Shown in pieces: positions 63,873 through 64,000 of a stretch of 64,000 nucleotides of DNA; within the stretch, counting starts at the first letter, position 1, and the number at the start of each line of letters is the position of its first letter. A program made the position numbers and the translations under genes. The notes beneath the pieces are model-generated. The model ran no database searches, was not told where the DNA came from, and was given only the letters and a program-made list of their open reading frames with translations. This DNA is from Azolla caroliniana (Eukaryota; Plantae; Polypodiophyta), in contig JBHGNT010000007.1 of NCBI GenBank assembly GCA_043228905.1, forward strand, positions 20,894,001 through 20,958,000, in the 5' to 3' direction.

Positions 63873-64000
63873 GTAAGGAGACTTTGAACGTGCAAATCCG
63901 ATGCTCCGATGATGTTGATGTCAACTTCTCCGACACTAAACGAAATGACAACCCCACCAATGATGAGGATGATGACTCTCCAAGTCAACGAACAGAGACG
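63873..64000 (+). CDS. Orphan gene copy 4: exon 3 homologue, truncated by the window end
   Basis: TGCAG acceptor then KETLNVQIRCSDDVDVNFSDTKRNDNPTNDEDDDSPSQRTET; upstream 63470-63870 is homologous to 42060-42356. Confidence 0.45.

Overview
Eukaryotic, intron-rich land-plant DNA; a fern or other non-seed plant is my inference from the element types. About three quarters of the window is nested LTR retrotransposon. (1) 1-21.8 kb is a stack up to five levels deep. A Ty1/copia 3' half (~18180-21812) abuts a minus-strand Ty3/gypsy gag-protease element (E0). E0 is interrupted by a full copia (12728-17829) and by three nested elements of one clade (E1>E2>E3). E2 and E3 have a tRNA-Trp primer site and are gag-only; E1 is 5'-truncated by the window edge. 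(2) 23136-29685 holds the last 12 coding exons of an intact SET-domain (Rubisco-LSMT-like) methyltransferase gene, with a hAT MITE and an 80-bp tandem repeat in its introns. Its first exons are not visible. (3) 31.9-43.4 kb, continuing at 63.5-64 kb, is a tandem array of a small spliced orphan gene, plus a solo LTR and a fossil Tat-like pol. (4) 43517-63236 is a chromovirus gypsy carrying two more Trp-primed gag-only elements (E4, E5), a copia solo LTR and a full copia. The most unusual system is the Trp-primed gag-only clade. All five visible insertion sites are 4-bp palindromes centred on CpG (CCGG x3, ACGT x2). The elements carry arrays of that same motif. One family has a tRNA-like Pol III A/B-box cassette in antisense inside its LTRs. 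The families share hairpins at the LTR start and before the PPT despite divergent sequence. All alignments were made by eye; no database search was run.
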